64,000 nt of DNA from Longimicrobiales bacterium (GTDB taxonomy: Bacteria; Gemmatimonadota; Gemmatimonadetes; Longimicrobiales; Gaopeijiaceae), in the NCBI GenBank assembly GCA_963664435.2, contig CAXXKM010000003.1, positions 1,216,001 to 1,280,000 of the forward strand. Reading direction: 5' to 3'. The notes under the pieces are model-generated. The model ran no database searches and was not told the origin of the DNA. It was given only the letters and a program-made list of their open reading frames with translations. A program made the translations under genes and the position numbers. This document shows, in pieces, positions 20,193-30,494 of the stretch. The stretch's first letter is position 1. Every line of letters begins with the position of its first letter.

Positions 20193-23123
20193 ATGTCCGC
20201 CGCCCGGCTCCCTTCCGCACCTTCGCTGACCCAGGCACGCTCACTCGTCTCAGCACGCTCGCCGTATCCGCTGCCCTCACGGGCGGGCGTGCCGTTGGGT
20301 GGCGCGCGCTCGCTCGCCCTCGCTCATGCGTTGCTCCTTGGGCTCATGCTGCTCGCCCTCGAGGTGCTGCTCCCCGGCAACGCTGCGGCCCAGGACGCCG
20401 ACACCCCGGTCAACGCCTCCGACCACCCGCTTCTGCGCCCCTTCTCGTGGCGGTCGATCGGGCCGTACGGGCAGGGCGGCCGGGTCGACGACCTGGCGGT
20501 GCATCCCGACGATCCGCACACCTACTACGTGGGGTTCGCGACCGGCGGGCTGTGGAAGACGACCAACAACGGGACAACGTTCGAGTCCATCTTCGACAGC
20601 TACGGGACGCACTCGGTCGGGGCGCTCGCGGTTGCGCCATCGAACCCGGACGTCGTCTGGGTCGGGACCGGCGAGGCCAACAACCGGCAGAGCTCATCGT
20701 TCGGGGACGGCGTCTACAAGTCCGAGGACGGCGGCAAGAGCTTCACGCACGTGGGGCTGCGCGAGACGCAATCCATCGCGCGCGTGATCGCCCATCCCGA
20801 CGACGCGGACGTGGCCTGGGTCGCGGCCAACGGACACCTGTTCGGCCCCAACCCGGAGCGCGGCGTCTTCAAGACCACCGACGGCGGCCGGTCCTGGAGC
20901 CATGTCCTCAGCATCGACGAGGACACCGGCGCCACCGACCTGGTCATCGACCCCTCCAACCCCAACACGCTCTTCGCGGCCACCTACCAGCGGCGCCGGA
21001 CGGCGTGTTGTTTCGTGGGCGGAGGACCCGGGAGCGGCATCTGGCGCTCGGACGACGGCGGCGAGAGCTGGACCCGCCTGAGCGGCAACGGCCTCCCGCG
21101 CGGCACCATGGGGCGCGTCGCGCTGGCGATGACGCCGGCCGATCCCGACGTCCTCTACGCCCAGATCGAGGTCGCGGCGGACAACGAAGAGCCTCTCACG
21201 GATGAGGAGCGGGCCGAGTGGGAGCGCCTGGACGACGAGGACGCGCTGCCTCCCGATCCCCAGTACAACGGTATCTGGCGCTCGAACGACAAGGGCATGA
21301 GCTGGGAGTTCCGCTCGAACGAGAACGGGCGCCCGATGTACTTCAGCCAGATCCGCGTCGACCCGGCGAACCCGGACATCGTCTACGTCGTCGACCAAAG
21401 GGTGCACAAGTCGCGCGACGGCGCACAGACCTTCGAGGTGCTGGACGGCTACGGGCACGTGGACCAGCACGCGCTCTGGATCAACCCCGAGGACAGCGAT
21501 CACATCATCCTCGGCAACGACGGCGCGGTGGACGTCAGCTACGACCAGGGCGAGACCTGGGAGGCGCTCCGGCGCTGGAACGTGGGCCAGCCGTATCATG
21601 CGAGCGTGGACATGCGGCGCCCGTACTACGTGTGCACCGGGCTCCAGGACAACGGCAGCTGGTGCGGCCCGAGCGCGGTCCGGACCGGCGAGATCCTCTC
21701 AGAGGACTGGTACCGGGTCGGGGGCGGCGACGGCTTCTACACCGCGGTCGATCCCACCGATCACACCGTCGTCTATTCCGAGTCGCAGAACGGCAACATC
21801 CGCCGCCTGAGCCTCGCGACCGGCGAGCAGGTCAGCATCCGGCCGCGGGCGCCGAGCGAGAACAACCCTTCGTCGAACATCGTGCCCATGCCCGATCGTG
21901 ACACCGAGATCCGCTGGAACTGGAACACGCCCTTCATCCTCTCGCCGCACAACCCCGAGGTCGTACACGCGGGCGGGAACCGCTTCTTCACGTCGATGGA
22001 CCGGGGCGAGACGTGGACGATGAGCCCGGATCTGTCGAGGAACACGGACCGCGACATGATCGAGCTCATGGGCCGGGCCAACGCCCTGCCCCGCTGCAAC
22101 CAGATGGACCGCGGCCAGGAGTGCATCCTCTCGCGCAACGACGGCGTGAGCTCGTGGGGCGCGGCCGTGTCGCTCACCGAGTCCCCGCTGGTGCCGGGGC
22201 TCCTGTGGATGGGCACCGATGACGGCAACCTCCAGGTGAGCCGGGACGGCGGCGCCAGCTGGAGGGAGGTGGGAGAGAACATTCCCGGAGGGACGAAGGG
22301 CTATTACATCTCGCGGATCGAGGCCTCGCACTTCGACGCGGGCACGGCCTACGCCTCAGTGGACGGGCACAAGAGCGGCGATCTCGCGCCCTACGTCTAT
22401 GTTACGCGCGACTATGGCGCCAGCTGGGAGAATATCACGTCGAACCTGCCGGAATATGGCAACGTCAATACCGTGCGCCAGGATCCGCGCAACCGGAACC
22501 TGCTGTATGCGGGGACCGAGTTCGAGTTCTTCGTCTCGCTCGACGAGGGCGGGAGCTGGCACCGCTTCATGACCGGGCTCCCGGTGGTGCGCATCGACGA
22601 CGTGCTGGTGCATCCCCGGGACAACGACCTGGTGCTGGCCACGCACGGTCGGAGCGTGATGGTCATGGACGACATCACGCCGCTGCAGCAGCTGACATCC
22701 GAGGTGATGGAGCAGGATGCACACCTGTTCGAGCCGCGGGAGGCGGTGGCCTGGAAGCAGAACCGGATGCGTTCGCGCTCGGTGACGGGCGACAAGGTCC
22801 TGCGGGGGGACAACGCGCAGCCGGGGACGGCGATTCACTACTGGCTGGGGGATGATGTGGATGCGGGTGATGTGAGTTTGACGGTCACCGAGGTGGTGAC
22901 CGGTGAGGTGTTCCGGGATTTGGAGGCCACCGGGCATGAGGGGATCAACCGGGTGCAGTGGGATCTGCGGGGGAATGTGCCGGAGGAGGCTACCGGCGGC
23001 GGGTTTGGTGGGCCTCAGGCGCCGGTGGCGGAGCCGGGGACGTACCGGCTGACGTTGACGGTGGATGGGGAGGAGTTTAGCGAGCTGGTTACTGTGCTGG
23101 AGGATGTGTGGATGGGGGGGTGA
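20193..23123 (+). CDS. Large secreted BNR/VPS10 (sortilin-like) beta-propeller protein, glycoside-hydrolase-like
   Basis: WRSIGP..GGR, many Asp-boxes (KTTNNGTTF, SEDGGKSF, TTDGGRSW, SDDGGESW), LATHGRS, C-terminal Ig-like WDLR..PGTY. Confidence 0.88.
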   Translation: MSAARLPSAPSLTQARSLVSARSPYPLPSRAGVPLGGARSLALAHALLLGLMLLALEVLLPGNAAAQDADTPVNASDHPLLRPFSWRSIGPYGQGGRVDDLAVHPDDPHTYYVGFATGGLWKTTNNGTTFESIFDSYGTHSVGALAVAPSNPDVVWVGTGEANNRQSSSFGDGVYKSEDGGKSFTHVGLRETQSIARVIAHPDDADVAWVAANGHLFGPNPERGVFKTTDGGRSWSHVLSIDEDTGATDLVIDPSNPNTLFAATYQRRRTACCFVGGGPGSGIWRSDDGGESWTRLSGNGLPRGTMGRVALAMTPADPDVLYAQIEVAADNEEPLTDEERAEWERLDDEDALPPDPQYNGIWRSNDKGMSWEFRSNENGRPMYFSQIRVDPANPDIVYVVDQRVHKSRDGAQTFEVLDGYGHVDQHALWINPEDSDHIILGNDGAVDVSYDQGETWEALRRWNVGQPYHASVDMRRPYYVCTGLQDNGSWCGPSAVRTGEILSEDWYRVGGGDGFYTAVDPTDHTVVYSESQNGNIRRLSLATGEQVSIRPRAPSENNPSSNIVPMPDRDTEIRWNWNTPFILSPHNPEVVHAGGNRFFTSMDRGETWTMSPDLSRNTDRDMIELMGRANALPRCNQMDRGQECILSRNDGVSSWGAAVSLTESPLVPGLLWMGTDDGNLQVSRDGGASWREVGENIPGGTKGYYISRIEASHFDAGTAYASVDGHKSGDLAPYVYVTRDYGASWENITSNLPEYGNVNTVRQDPRNRNLLYAGTEFEFFVSLDEGGSWHRFMTGLPVVRIDDVLVHPRDNDLVLATHGRSVMVMDDITPLQQLTSEVMEQDAHLFEPREAVAWKQNRMRSRSVTGDKVLRGDNAQPGTAIHYWLGDDVDAGDVSLTVTEVVTGEVFRDLEATGHEGINRVQWDLRGNVPEEATGGGFGGPQAPVAEPGTYRLTLTVDGEEFSELVTVLEDVWMGG

Positions 23124-23278
23124 TAGCGAAATACCTCAAACGCCATCATCATGTGTAGCGTTGGATTACCGACCGCCCACCCGCTGAGTCGCCCGTCACT
23201 GCAACCGGGGGCCGGGATCAGGACTTCAAAGATACCGTCCGCGTCCGACCGACGTGCATCGGCTCTATCTACGCTCCA

Positions 23279-24031
23279 TTACCCGGTTGCGAAGACGACC
23301 CAACTGTCGTCTTCACCGGATAAACTAGGGGTTTGGAGCGCAAGCTCTTCGCGGTCCATCGCCCCTCGAGTTGCCCGCATCCACTGATCATAGCTACTGT
23401 GACCGTGAACGTTACCTAGCGTGCGCAACGCATGGTGTGTAAAGACGCCGTTTTTTCCCGAAGGTAGCTCCCGAGCCAATTGGTGATCCTGGCAGGCGGC
23501 GAAAAGTAACGGTCTGGGTTGGGGCTCACATGGTGGATCAACTGGGGTAACCAACCCCTTGCGATAGAAATTAACGTGGGGTAGGAGGCGAGCACGGCTC
23601 GCCCCCCGACTAGTTACCGTTCCAGAATGACAAGAGTCCGAAATGACGATCCAGCGCACGCCCTTCCTGCGGCTAGCGGAGATGTTGCCGATTTCGTCGT
23701 CAGTGATCCAGCCTTCCTCACCGACCCCATGGGGGCACCAACACTCGTCATAGCTATCGCGCTCGTCGTCGCTTAGGTCCGGGACTTGAGACCCGTGTCC
23801 GGCAAAGGTGATGACGACCAAGTCGTTGGGTTGCGCGACGACCGCCAAATCTTTGAGATGTCGCAGAATAGCGGGCCGTGTCGCATCCCTGTCTTGGAGC
23901 AACTGACTTTTGAACCCGCGTCGCTGAAGTACGTTGCTCCAAGCAACCGCGTCGTTCACAGCCCCGAACAGCGGCGTGTCATAGTCACCGTAGTCATTGA
24001 TGCCGATACATAAAGCTCTTTTTTGGGGCAT
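23279..24031 (-). CDS. Caspase-family (peptidase C14, metacaspase-type) protease
   Basis: ALCIGINDY, NDA, FAGHG (His), DSCHSG (Cys), GVFT, QTP. Lower GC. Confidence 0.92.
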   Translation of the reverse strand: MPQKRALCIGINDYGDYDTPLFGAVNDAVAWSNVLQRRGFKSQLLQDRDATRPAILRHLKDLAVVAQPNDLVVITFAGHGSQVPDLSDDERDSYDECWCPHGVGEEGWITDDEIGNISASRRKGVRWIVISDSCHSGTVTSRGASRARLLPHVNFYRKGLVTPVDPPCEPQPRPLLFAACQDHQLARELPSGKNGVFTHHALRTLGNVHGHSSYDQWMRATRGAMDREELALQTPSLSGEDDSWVVFATG

Positions 24032-24109
24032 GTTGCCCTCCTGAGTGCACTGTGTAAGGATTCCCCAACTATCAGATATGAGTTGCTCCTAGGGGAGCTG
24101 ATCTCCTCC

Positions 24110-24595
24110 TTAGTGCCTCCAGCGATCGATGGTCCATCGAAAACTGGTCGGATGCAAAACTTTGGCTTTGTGAATTGCTCTTTCTCGCCAACCGCCTCCA
24201 GGCGTCCATACGGGGCTCTGGGTATCAGGAAGGTATGTCCCGTTCTCTCCGGTGGCCATGGTAGACGTTGTCCTTGTAGCCGTGGTCTGAGTGACGCAGT
24301 CATTCACCATTCCACGACCGTGGAGTCCGCCTGCAATAAAGCCGAGGCCTACGCCAATCAGGAGTCCATTGGTGAAACCGTCTTCATCCTCTTTCGCTTC
24401 TACCTTTTTCCATATTCCAACACCATCTGCCAACAATCCTACCACGAAGTCAGCGTACGGAATCGTCTTTTCTGTCGTGCAGTCTTCCACCCGCGTAGAC
24501 GTCCGAGCGCCACGTGGAGAAGGACCTGTCACTAGAGCCAGCGAGCATCCCGAGAAGATGAAGCACATTGTCAGAGCGATAGCAGACTTGGTCAT
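24110..24595 (-). CDS. Hypothetical lipoprotein/membrane protein
   Basis: MTKSAIALTMCFIFSGC lipobox, two hydrophobic segments, paired Cys. Confidence 0.55.
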   Translation of the reverse strand: MTKSAIALTMCFIFSGCSLALVTGPSPRGARTSTRVEDCTTEKTIPYADFVVGLLADGVGIWKKVEAKEDEDGFTNGLLIGVGLGFIAGGLHGRGMVNDCVTQTTATRTTSTMATGENGTYLPDTQSPVWTPGGGWRERAIHKAKVLHPTSFRWTIDRWRH

Positions 24596-25820
24596 TTGTG
24601 TTCCTCCCAAGCATAGAGTACTGTTGAGGTTGGGTAAGATTCGTTCATAAATCGCGTTCGAGGCCACCAGATCCGCTGGCGTGGGGCCATTGTTCCGAGC
24701 CGGCGTCGCAGTCCTGTCCGGCCGCCGTAGCTATCCGACGGATCACGATCCATCCATGGCGCAACCGGTCCAGATGATGCAAACTGGGACCGGACCATTG
24801 CGGCCCTGTGGCCTAGTGTTAGGAGGAATCCGCCCTCGAAGCTGCCAGCGTCAGCAGAGCGAGTGCCGGAAAGCTGTTCCGGGATACCCGGACTCTCGGA
24901 CCCGGCGACACGCTTGCCGTTGTCCCAAGTTACCGTACCTAGTTCACGACCGTTGTCGTCGAAATAGGTCCAGACGCCGTGCTCTCTACCACCCACGAAG
25001 GAGCCCTCCGCCCGGCTGCCATCAACGTCTCTGATGACGGTGAAACCTTCGAGTTCCCCTCTCTGGCGGAGTCCGGAGACAGTCGACGACGCATTGTTCT
25101 GATACCATGTGATTTCTCCTCTTCCGTGGGCGAAGCTGACGCACTTCCCGCTCCTGCTCACGGTCTCATCATCCGCAGGATACGGGATTCCACAGGCAAA
25201 ACCCAGGATGGGTTGAGGATCTCCGCCCAGCAGCCCTCCGAGGACGCTCTCCCGGCGCAGATCGGCCCTCCCGGAGCGGTGAAGCCCTGCTCATCGCCCC
25301 CCGCTACCACTCCCTCCGCAACGCGCCACGTCTCCCTCAGCAGCACCTCGAATCCGCTGCCGTCGTTGCGGCTGCTGAAGCGCTGATTGATTGTCGTCGC
25401 CTGGGTTTCGGCCGCATCGAAGTCCGTGCCGCAGCCCACGCTGAAGGCCTGGAACCTCGGGTCCTCCGGGTCCACGGTCAGATCCTGGCGGATGACGCCC
25501 GTGTAGCTGATGATCACGGCATGATCGTCCCGGGGATCGGACCACGCGCACCACACCTCCGAATAGGAGCCGAGGTCCGAGCTGAGATCGCGCTCGACCT
25601 CGTCGCGCTGGCCGCTGTCCGCCCCGATCCGGTACACGATCTCCATGTCCTCCGTGTAGACCCTGCGGATCGGGTTGGTCGCGAGGGTGCGCCTTTCGCT
25701 CCCGACGCAGACGACCGCTTCCGAACCGGACTGGGCGGCGGCGGGGAGGGAGGTGCCGCCAAGGACCAAGGCAACGGCCAGCAGGCTCACGAGCGATCGG
25801 CTGAGTCGGGTCAACAGCAT
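24592..25820 (-). pseudogene. Frameshifted secreted protein with a Cys-rich module and MORN-like C-terminus
   Basis: Signal peptide from 25820. Near 25180-25215 two single-base shifts join CWAEILN / HPGFCLWNP / YPADDETVS..GKC to the MORN-like AEGSFVGGREHGVWTYFDDNG segment. Confidence 0.6.
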
Positions 25821-25824
25821 GCTG

Positions 25825-27309
25825 CTACCTCCCCTCGTCGGGAACTTGCCTCGCCAACCGGATCGTGTACCGACCGGTCTCCTCGGATAAGGCGCTCGTC
25901 GCGAGAATCGCATACTGGCCGGTCGCCGGCGCCCGAAACTCCACGCGAGCGCTAAGGCCGTCTCCCCCGTCGTCATCGCTGGCCACTTCGGTACCGTCAT
26001 CCCGCAGCACAAGCAGGTACGCGTCGGCCTGCTCGGATTCCATGGTGACCACGATGCGCTGGCCGGCCGTCGCCGAGTAGCCCCATTCGTCATAGTACGA
26101 CTGGCCCCAACGTACTCCATCCGTTGACGCGAGACTGCCCGTGGCTGCGCGGCCCGCCACCAACGGACTTGGCTGACTAACCAGGAGCCGGCGGTACGCG
26201 CTGTTTCCGGTGATCGCGTCGTTCTCTCGAGCAAAATCGACTGCACGCTGTCCGCTGGCGTCCCTCACTGACGGATCCGCTCCCGCGTTTAGTAAGGCGA
26301 GAACCAATGAAGGGTCGTCGGTCGAAAGGGCTGCCACGTGGAGCGGCGTCCGAGCCGCTTCCAAATCGCTGTCTCTCGCGTTCGGGTGTGCGCCGGCGTC
26401 AAGGAGTTCCCCGACCACTGCCAACGTGGCCTGACCTGCCACCAGGTGAAGTCCCCTGGCCCCCCCTACGGTGCGCGCGTTCGGATCGGCTCCGCCCGCG
26501 AGCAGGGCCGGGACAACTCCCGGTCCGGCCAGCGGCACGGCGAAGTGCAGGGAACTCCAGCCATCGGCATCGGCGGCGTTCGGATCGGCTGCTCCCGCCA
26601 GCAACAAGCTCACCGCGACCGAGTCGCCCTCGAGGACCGCCATCTGGAGGAATGTCAGATTCTCGGCGGCACCCGCTTCAACGAGCTCTGAGACCACGCC
26701 CCGCTCGGCGTCGTAACGTAGAGCGGAATGAAGAGCGGTTCGCCTATCGTTGCTCTCGATCAGCGGGTCCGCGCCCGCACCCAGCAGCCTTGTGACCGCG
26801 CGCGCATTCCCGCTCTGTGCGGCAGCGTAATGCGGCGGTGTGTAGCCATCGTTGTCCATGGCATTCGGGTCTGCGCCGGCGGAAAGGAGGTGGGAGATGA
26901 CGACCGGATTGCTGTTCGTAGCGCCCCCCTGAAGAGGCGTCTGCCCCCGATCATTCATCGCGTTCGGGTCCGCGTCAGCTTCCAGGAGGAGTTGGACGAC
27001 CGTTGGGTTGTTTGTAAAACCCGCGGCGTTGTGCAGTATGGTGTTGTCTGAGGGGGCACCCCACCAATCCAGCCCTACCTCACGCAAACAGCGGCAGAAA
27101 TGCTGCACGTCATCCCAATCGTCACCGGCGACAGCGCAGTCATCCTGCGCGGCAGCGGGCTGTGCCATGAGCGGGATCGCCAACAACGCCAACGTGACCA
27201 ACGCGCGCCGATGACCAGCTGATGGACCGTGGGTGCCTGCCGCCCGTCTGGTCGCGGTCGCCCCGGAATCAGGGAACTCCGGCTTCCTGTCGAGGACCTG
27301 CAACGTCAC
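25825..27309 (-). CDS. Secreted ankyrin-repeat protein with C-terminal PPC-like domain
   Basis: About 8 ankyrin repeats (GADPNA.D..G.T/S.LH), some degenerate. C-terminal AGQRIVVTMES..DAYL..ASDDDGG..GRYTI. Confidence 0.85.
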   Translation of the reverse strand: MTLQVLDRKPEFPDSGATATRRAAGTHGPSAGHRRALVTLALLAIPLMAQPAAAQDDCAVAGDDWDDVQHFCRCLREVGLDWWGAPSDNTILHNAAGFTNNPTVVQLLLEADADPNAMNDRGQTPLQGGATNSNPVVISHLLSAGADPNAMDNDGYTPPHYAAAQSGNARAVTRLLGAGADPLIESNDRRTALHSALRYDAERGVVSELVEAGAAENLTFLQMAVLEGDSVAVSLLLAGAADPNAADADGWSSLHFAVPLAGPGVVPALLAGGADPNARTVGGARGLHLVAGQATLAVVGELLDAGAHPNARDSDLEAARTPLHVAALSTDDPSLVLALLNAGADPSVRDASGQRAVDFARENDAITGNSAYRRLLVSQPSPLVAGRAATGSLASTDGVRWGQSYYDEWGYSATAGQRIVVTMESEQADAYLLVLRDDGTEVASDDDGGDGLSARVEFRAPATGQYAILATSALSEETGRYTIRLARQVPDEGR

Positions 27310-27386
27310 ACCTCTCCTCCTCTCCCTCGGTCTGCGGAGTGCCGGACACAAGCTGTAGAACCAATAGATGGACTGTATCTCCGATG

Positions 27387-27427
27387 CGCAACGTCAAAAA
27401 CGTGAGTCTTTACGTCAATACCAGACA
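27387..27427 (-). promoter_or_regulatory. Conserved 41-bp upstream motif, copy 1 (upstream of the ankyrin-PPC gene)
   Basis: 31/41 identical to 32889-32929 without gaps, including the exact 15-mer CGCAACGTCAAAAAC. Confidence 0.65.
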
Positions 27428-27769
27428 TAGCCAAGTACACTCATCAATCGGCACCGACACGCAGGAGGGGTCCGGCGGTCATCACCCGGCCGGCCCGCAT
27501 CGAGCGCGAGCTCGCGGGATCGCCGCCGTCCGCTTGGAGCCACGTTCCTGGAGCGGCGCTTCGTTCCTGCGCTCCCGAGCTTGTCGATGCCGCTCGACGG
27601 TCCTGCTTCGATGATTTACACGATATCGCCACAATTAGAACAGGCGGAAATCGCCACAGAATATCCACAAATCAAACCGCTATATTTATGATAGGCTCGT
27701 TTCATGGTGATCCTGAAGGGGGTTCTGTGCATTGGATCGAGGGCCGTCCATGATTCCGTTGCGTCACGC

Positions 27770-28567
27770 GTGATCCCGCTGTATCACGACTCGCCTTCCC
27801 TTCGGGAGGCCGTCGAGGGGCTGCTCGTCGATGTCGAGCTGGAGCCCACGGCTTCCCACCGCAGGTTTCAGGCGCTTCTCGCCGACGCAAGCGTCGGGAT
27901 CATCTGCTTCCGCCGATGTTCCGCAGCCGACGTCCAGTGGCTCCGAAAGATGTCTCGTTCGGGATCCTTCCACTCCGCGTGCGTTGCGGTCACGCCGTTG
28001 TCCCTCGACCGGCTTCAGCGGCTCCGCGGCATCGAGTCCGACCGGCTTCACGTGGTGTGGGCCGAAGAGGTGGACGAGCGGCTGGTCGACGTATTGGCCG
28101 AGATCGAAGCCTGGCACGACGACCCGCTCCCGCTGTTGGGACGATGGTTGCTCGCCGCGAGTTCGCCCCACCAGACGGTTGCCGAGGCCATCGAGCGCAC
28201 CTGCGGCCTCTCCGGCGATCGCTTCTCGTCCCCTCCCGTGACGACGGTCATCGAACTGGCGTCCCGCCTGGGGCTATCGGCCGACTCCTTCCGCCGCTAC
28301 TGGCGGGAAGGGGTGCCGCTGACCTGCGGCCCCAAACAGCTGCTGAACTGGGCGGCGCTGCTGTGGGTCGCTCGACAGCGTCCCCAGGGCAAGTGGGACG
28401 CTCTCGCCAAACAGGCGGGGATCGGCAGACGGACCCTGGAGCGCTATGGCCGGCAGCTCGCCGACTGTACGCTGGCCGAGGCGGCCAGTGACCCGGAGCT
28501 GCTGAAGCGCCGGTTCCGGGAGTGGGTCGCAGCCGTCTCGGAGTGGCGGGGACCGAGCCTGGACTAA
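27770..28567 (+). CDS. Putative transcriptional regulator (degenerate receiver-like N-terminus + HTH); paralog of 48734..49708
   Basis: HTH-like VIELASRLGLSADSFRRYW and WDALAKQAGIGRRTLER. Shares motifs TPLSL.RLQRLR..ES.R..VVW and CGPKQLL.WA.L.W with its paralog. Confidence 0.65.
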   Translation: MIPLYHDSPSLREAVEGLLVDVELEPTASHRRFQALLADASVGIICFRRCSAADVQWLRKMSRSGSFHSACVAVTPLSLDRLQRLRGIESDRLHVVWAEEVDERLVDVLAEIEAWHDDPLPLLGRWLLAASSPHQTVAEAIERTCGLSGDRFSSPPVTTVIELASRLGLSADSFRRYWREGVPLTCGPKQLLNWAALLWVARQRPQGKWDALAKQAGIGRRTLERYGRQLADCTLAEAASDPELLKRRFREWVAAVSEWRGPSLD

Positions 28568-28570
28568 GGC

Positions 28571-30493
28571 TCACCGCCTGGCTCCAGCGAGGCGAGCGTA
28601 GGCGTCCCTCACAACCGCCTCGGCCAGCTTGCCGCGCACGGCAAAGCTCCGCCTGCCGAGCCAGTGGTCGGCCCACATCGCATCCGTGGCGATCCAGTTG
28701 TCCCAGAAGAACGCGCCGTTCACGAGGCCCGGATAGCGTGCGCTGGCCTTGAAGAAGGCATCGAAGATGTTGGCCTGGGTCTCCTCGCCGTCATCCAATC
28801 CGTTGCGGTTGGCGTCCACGAGGACCCGTTCTTCCGCATGGCGCGCGCCCAGGGAGGGATCGGCCGGTGCCTCCACGACATCCATCGAGCCATATTCGGT
28901 GAAAAGCAGGGCGCGACCAGGATTGCGGCCGGCAAGCGGCACCAAGTGTTCCTGGAAGATGGCCTCGTAGCTCGCTTGCAGCTCCGGAACACTCAGTACC
29001 GTTGTCGGAGCGCTGGCCGTGAGCGGAAACCACCCGCTGATTCCCACAATGTCGAGGTCGAGGTCCTCCCAGAGGTGACCGGCGCCCGATCCGCTTCCGT
29101 GGTAGTCGGCATGGATCAGCGCGTTGGCGTGCATGTCGTAGGTGAGCCGGCCGGAATACACCACACGCACGCGGCCCACCAGGTCACGGAGTTCATCGCC
29201 GAAGTCGTTGTACATGTAGCCGGACTCGGGGCGGGCCGAGTCGTCCGGGTCGGGGCGCGATCGGAACAGGCGGTCCGTCTCCGTCCCGAGCGAATAAAGG
29301 GCCACTCCCTCCTGCTCGGCGATTTGCGCAAAGTGCACAGCATTGTCCGCGTACGTGGTCCAGAACTCGCCCACAAAGCGGTCGTGGTCCGGATGGTCGG
29401 GACGCCACGGCCAGTTGGCGGGCGTTATCCGACCCCGCCAGCCTTGATCTGGAGGGGCGCCGCCGGTATGTGGCGGGGCTGGATCCCCGAGCAGGTGTCG
29501 GCTCAGGGGACGAGCGGAAGCCTCGGCCTCGTGGGCTTCGAACGCCAGCGTCATGTACACCTCGAATCCATGGCTTCGGAACTCGCGGACCATTTGTCGC
29601 AGCGAGCCATCCCGCCATGTCGGGACGTTCCGGTCCCGACCCGTCTCGCGCGAGATGGAGCTGTCCATGCTGTCCTCGTAGTGGAGCGCCACCGAGAACA
29701 GGATCCAGTTCACATGCAGGCCGCGAAGCCAGGCAATGTACTCCAGGGGAATGAGCGAGCCTGTGCTCCCGCCGTCCTCCCAGGCCTGCACAACGTCTCG
29801 ATTGGTACCCCAGTTGCCCGAGATCGCGATTGCACGCATCGGAAAGTCGAAGATTCGCAGGCCCGGACCTCGTTTACGCGCGGGGACGACCTTGATCTCT
29901 GCGGTGTCCCGCGCGCTCCCCGCGGTAACGATGATCGCTGCTACCCCTTCGGCGACTCCCCGCACCAGACCCGCATCGTCCACGACCGCGACCAGCGTGT
30001 CGCTCGAAACCCACGTGAACCCGGCGTCCGCCACCGCATGACCGTTCGCGTCGGCCGCCGCTGCCGACAGGCGCAGCGTGTCGCCCGTCAACAACGTGTC
30101 GGCTGCGGGGGCGACCGCGACGATGGCCACCGCTTGCGCCACCGTCACCGTTGCAGTGCTCGACGCCCGGCCCGCCGTCGCCGTGATGGTGGCGGTCCCG
30201 TCGGCCGCCGCCGTCACAAGCCCGGTAGGGGTCACGCTTGCCACAGCGGTGCTGCTGCTCGACCAGGTCACGTTGGTCGCCGCCATCGCCTGGCCGTTCT
30301 GATCGAGCACCCGTGCCGACAGTTGGACGCTTGCGCCCAGCGCGGTCAGTTCCGCCGTGGCGGGGCTGACCGCGACGGTTGTCGGACGGGGCGGCTCAGG
30401 CTCGGCGGGATCGCCACCGTCTCCGCATCCCTTCGCCAGGGCCACCGCGGCGAGCACCGCGCAGAGCTGGACGATGCTTCGCTGACGACTCAT
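28571..30493 (-). CDS. Lipoprotein with two Big_2 Ig-like domains and a TIM-barrel glycoside hydrolase (GH113-like) domain
   Basis: LAKGC lipobox, VTWSSS..VASV..GLVTA..GTATITATAG repeats, SLGTE and FTEYG glutamates, GAFFWD. Confidence 0.75.
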   Translation of the reverse strand: MSRQRSIVQLCAVLAAVALAKGCGDGGDPAEPEPPRPTTVAVSPATAELTALGASVQLSARVLDQNGQAMAATNVTWSSSSTAVASVTPTGLVTAAADGTATITATAGRASSTATVTVAQAVAIVAVAPAADTLLTGDTLRLSAAAADANGHAVADAGFTWVSSDTLVAVVDDAGLVRGVAEGVAAIIVTAGSARDTAEIKVVPARKRGPGLRIFDFPMRAIAISGNWGTNRDVVQAWEDGGSTGSLIPLEYIAWLRGLHVNWILFSVALHYEDSMDSSISRETGRDRNVPTWRDGSLRQMVREFRSHGFEVYMTLAFEAHEAEASARPLSRHLLGDPAPPHTGGAPPDQGWRGRITPANWPWRPDHPDHDRFVGEFWTTYADNAVHFAQIAEQEGVALYSLGTETDRLFRSRPDPDDSARPESGYMYNDFGDELRDLVGRVRVVYSGRLTYDMHANALIHADYHGSGSGAGHLWEDLDLDIVGISGWFPLTASAPTTVLSVPELQASYEAIFQEHLVPLAGRNPGRALLFTEYGSMDVVEAPADPSLGARHAEERVLVDANRNGLDDGEETQANIFDAFFKASARYPGLVNGAFFWDNWIATDAMWADHWLGRRSFAVRGKLAEAVVRDAYARLAGARR

Positions 30494-30494
30494 C

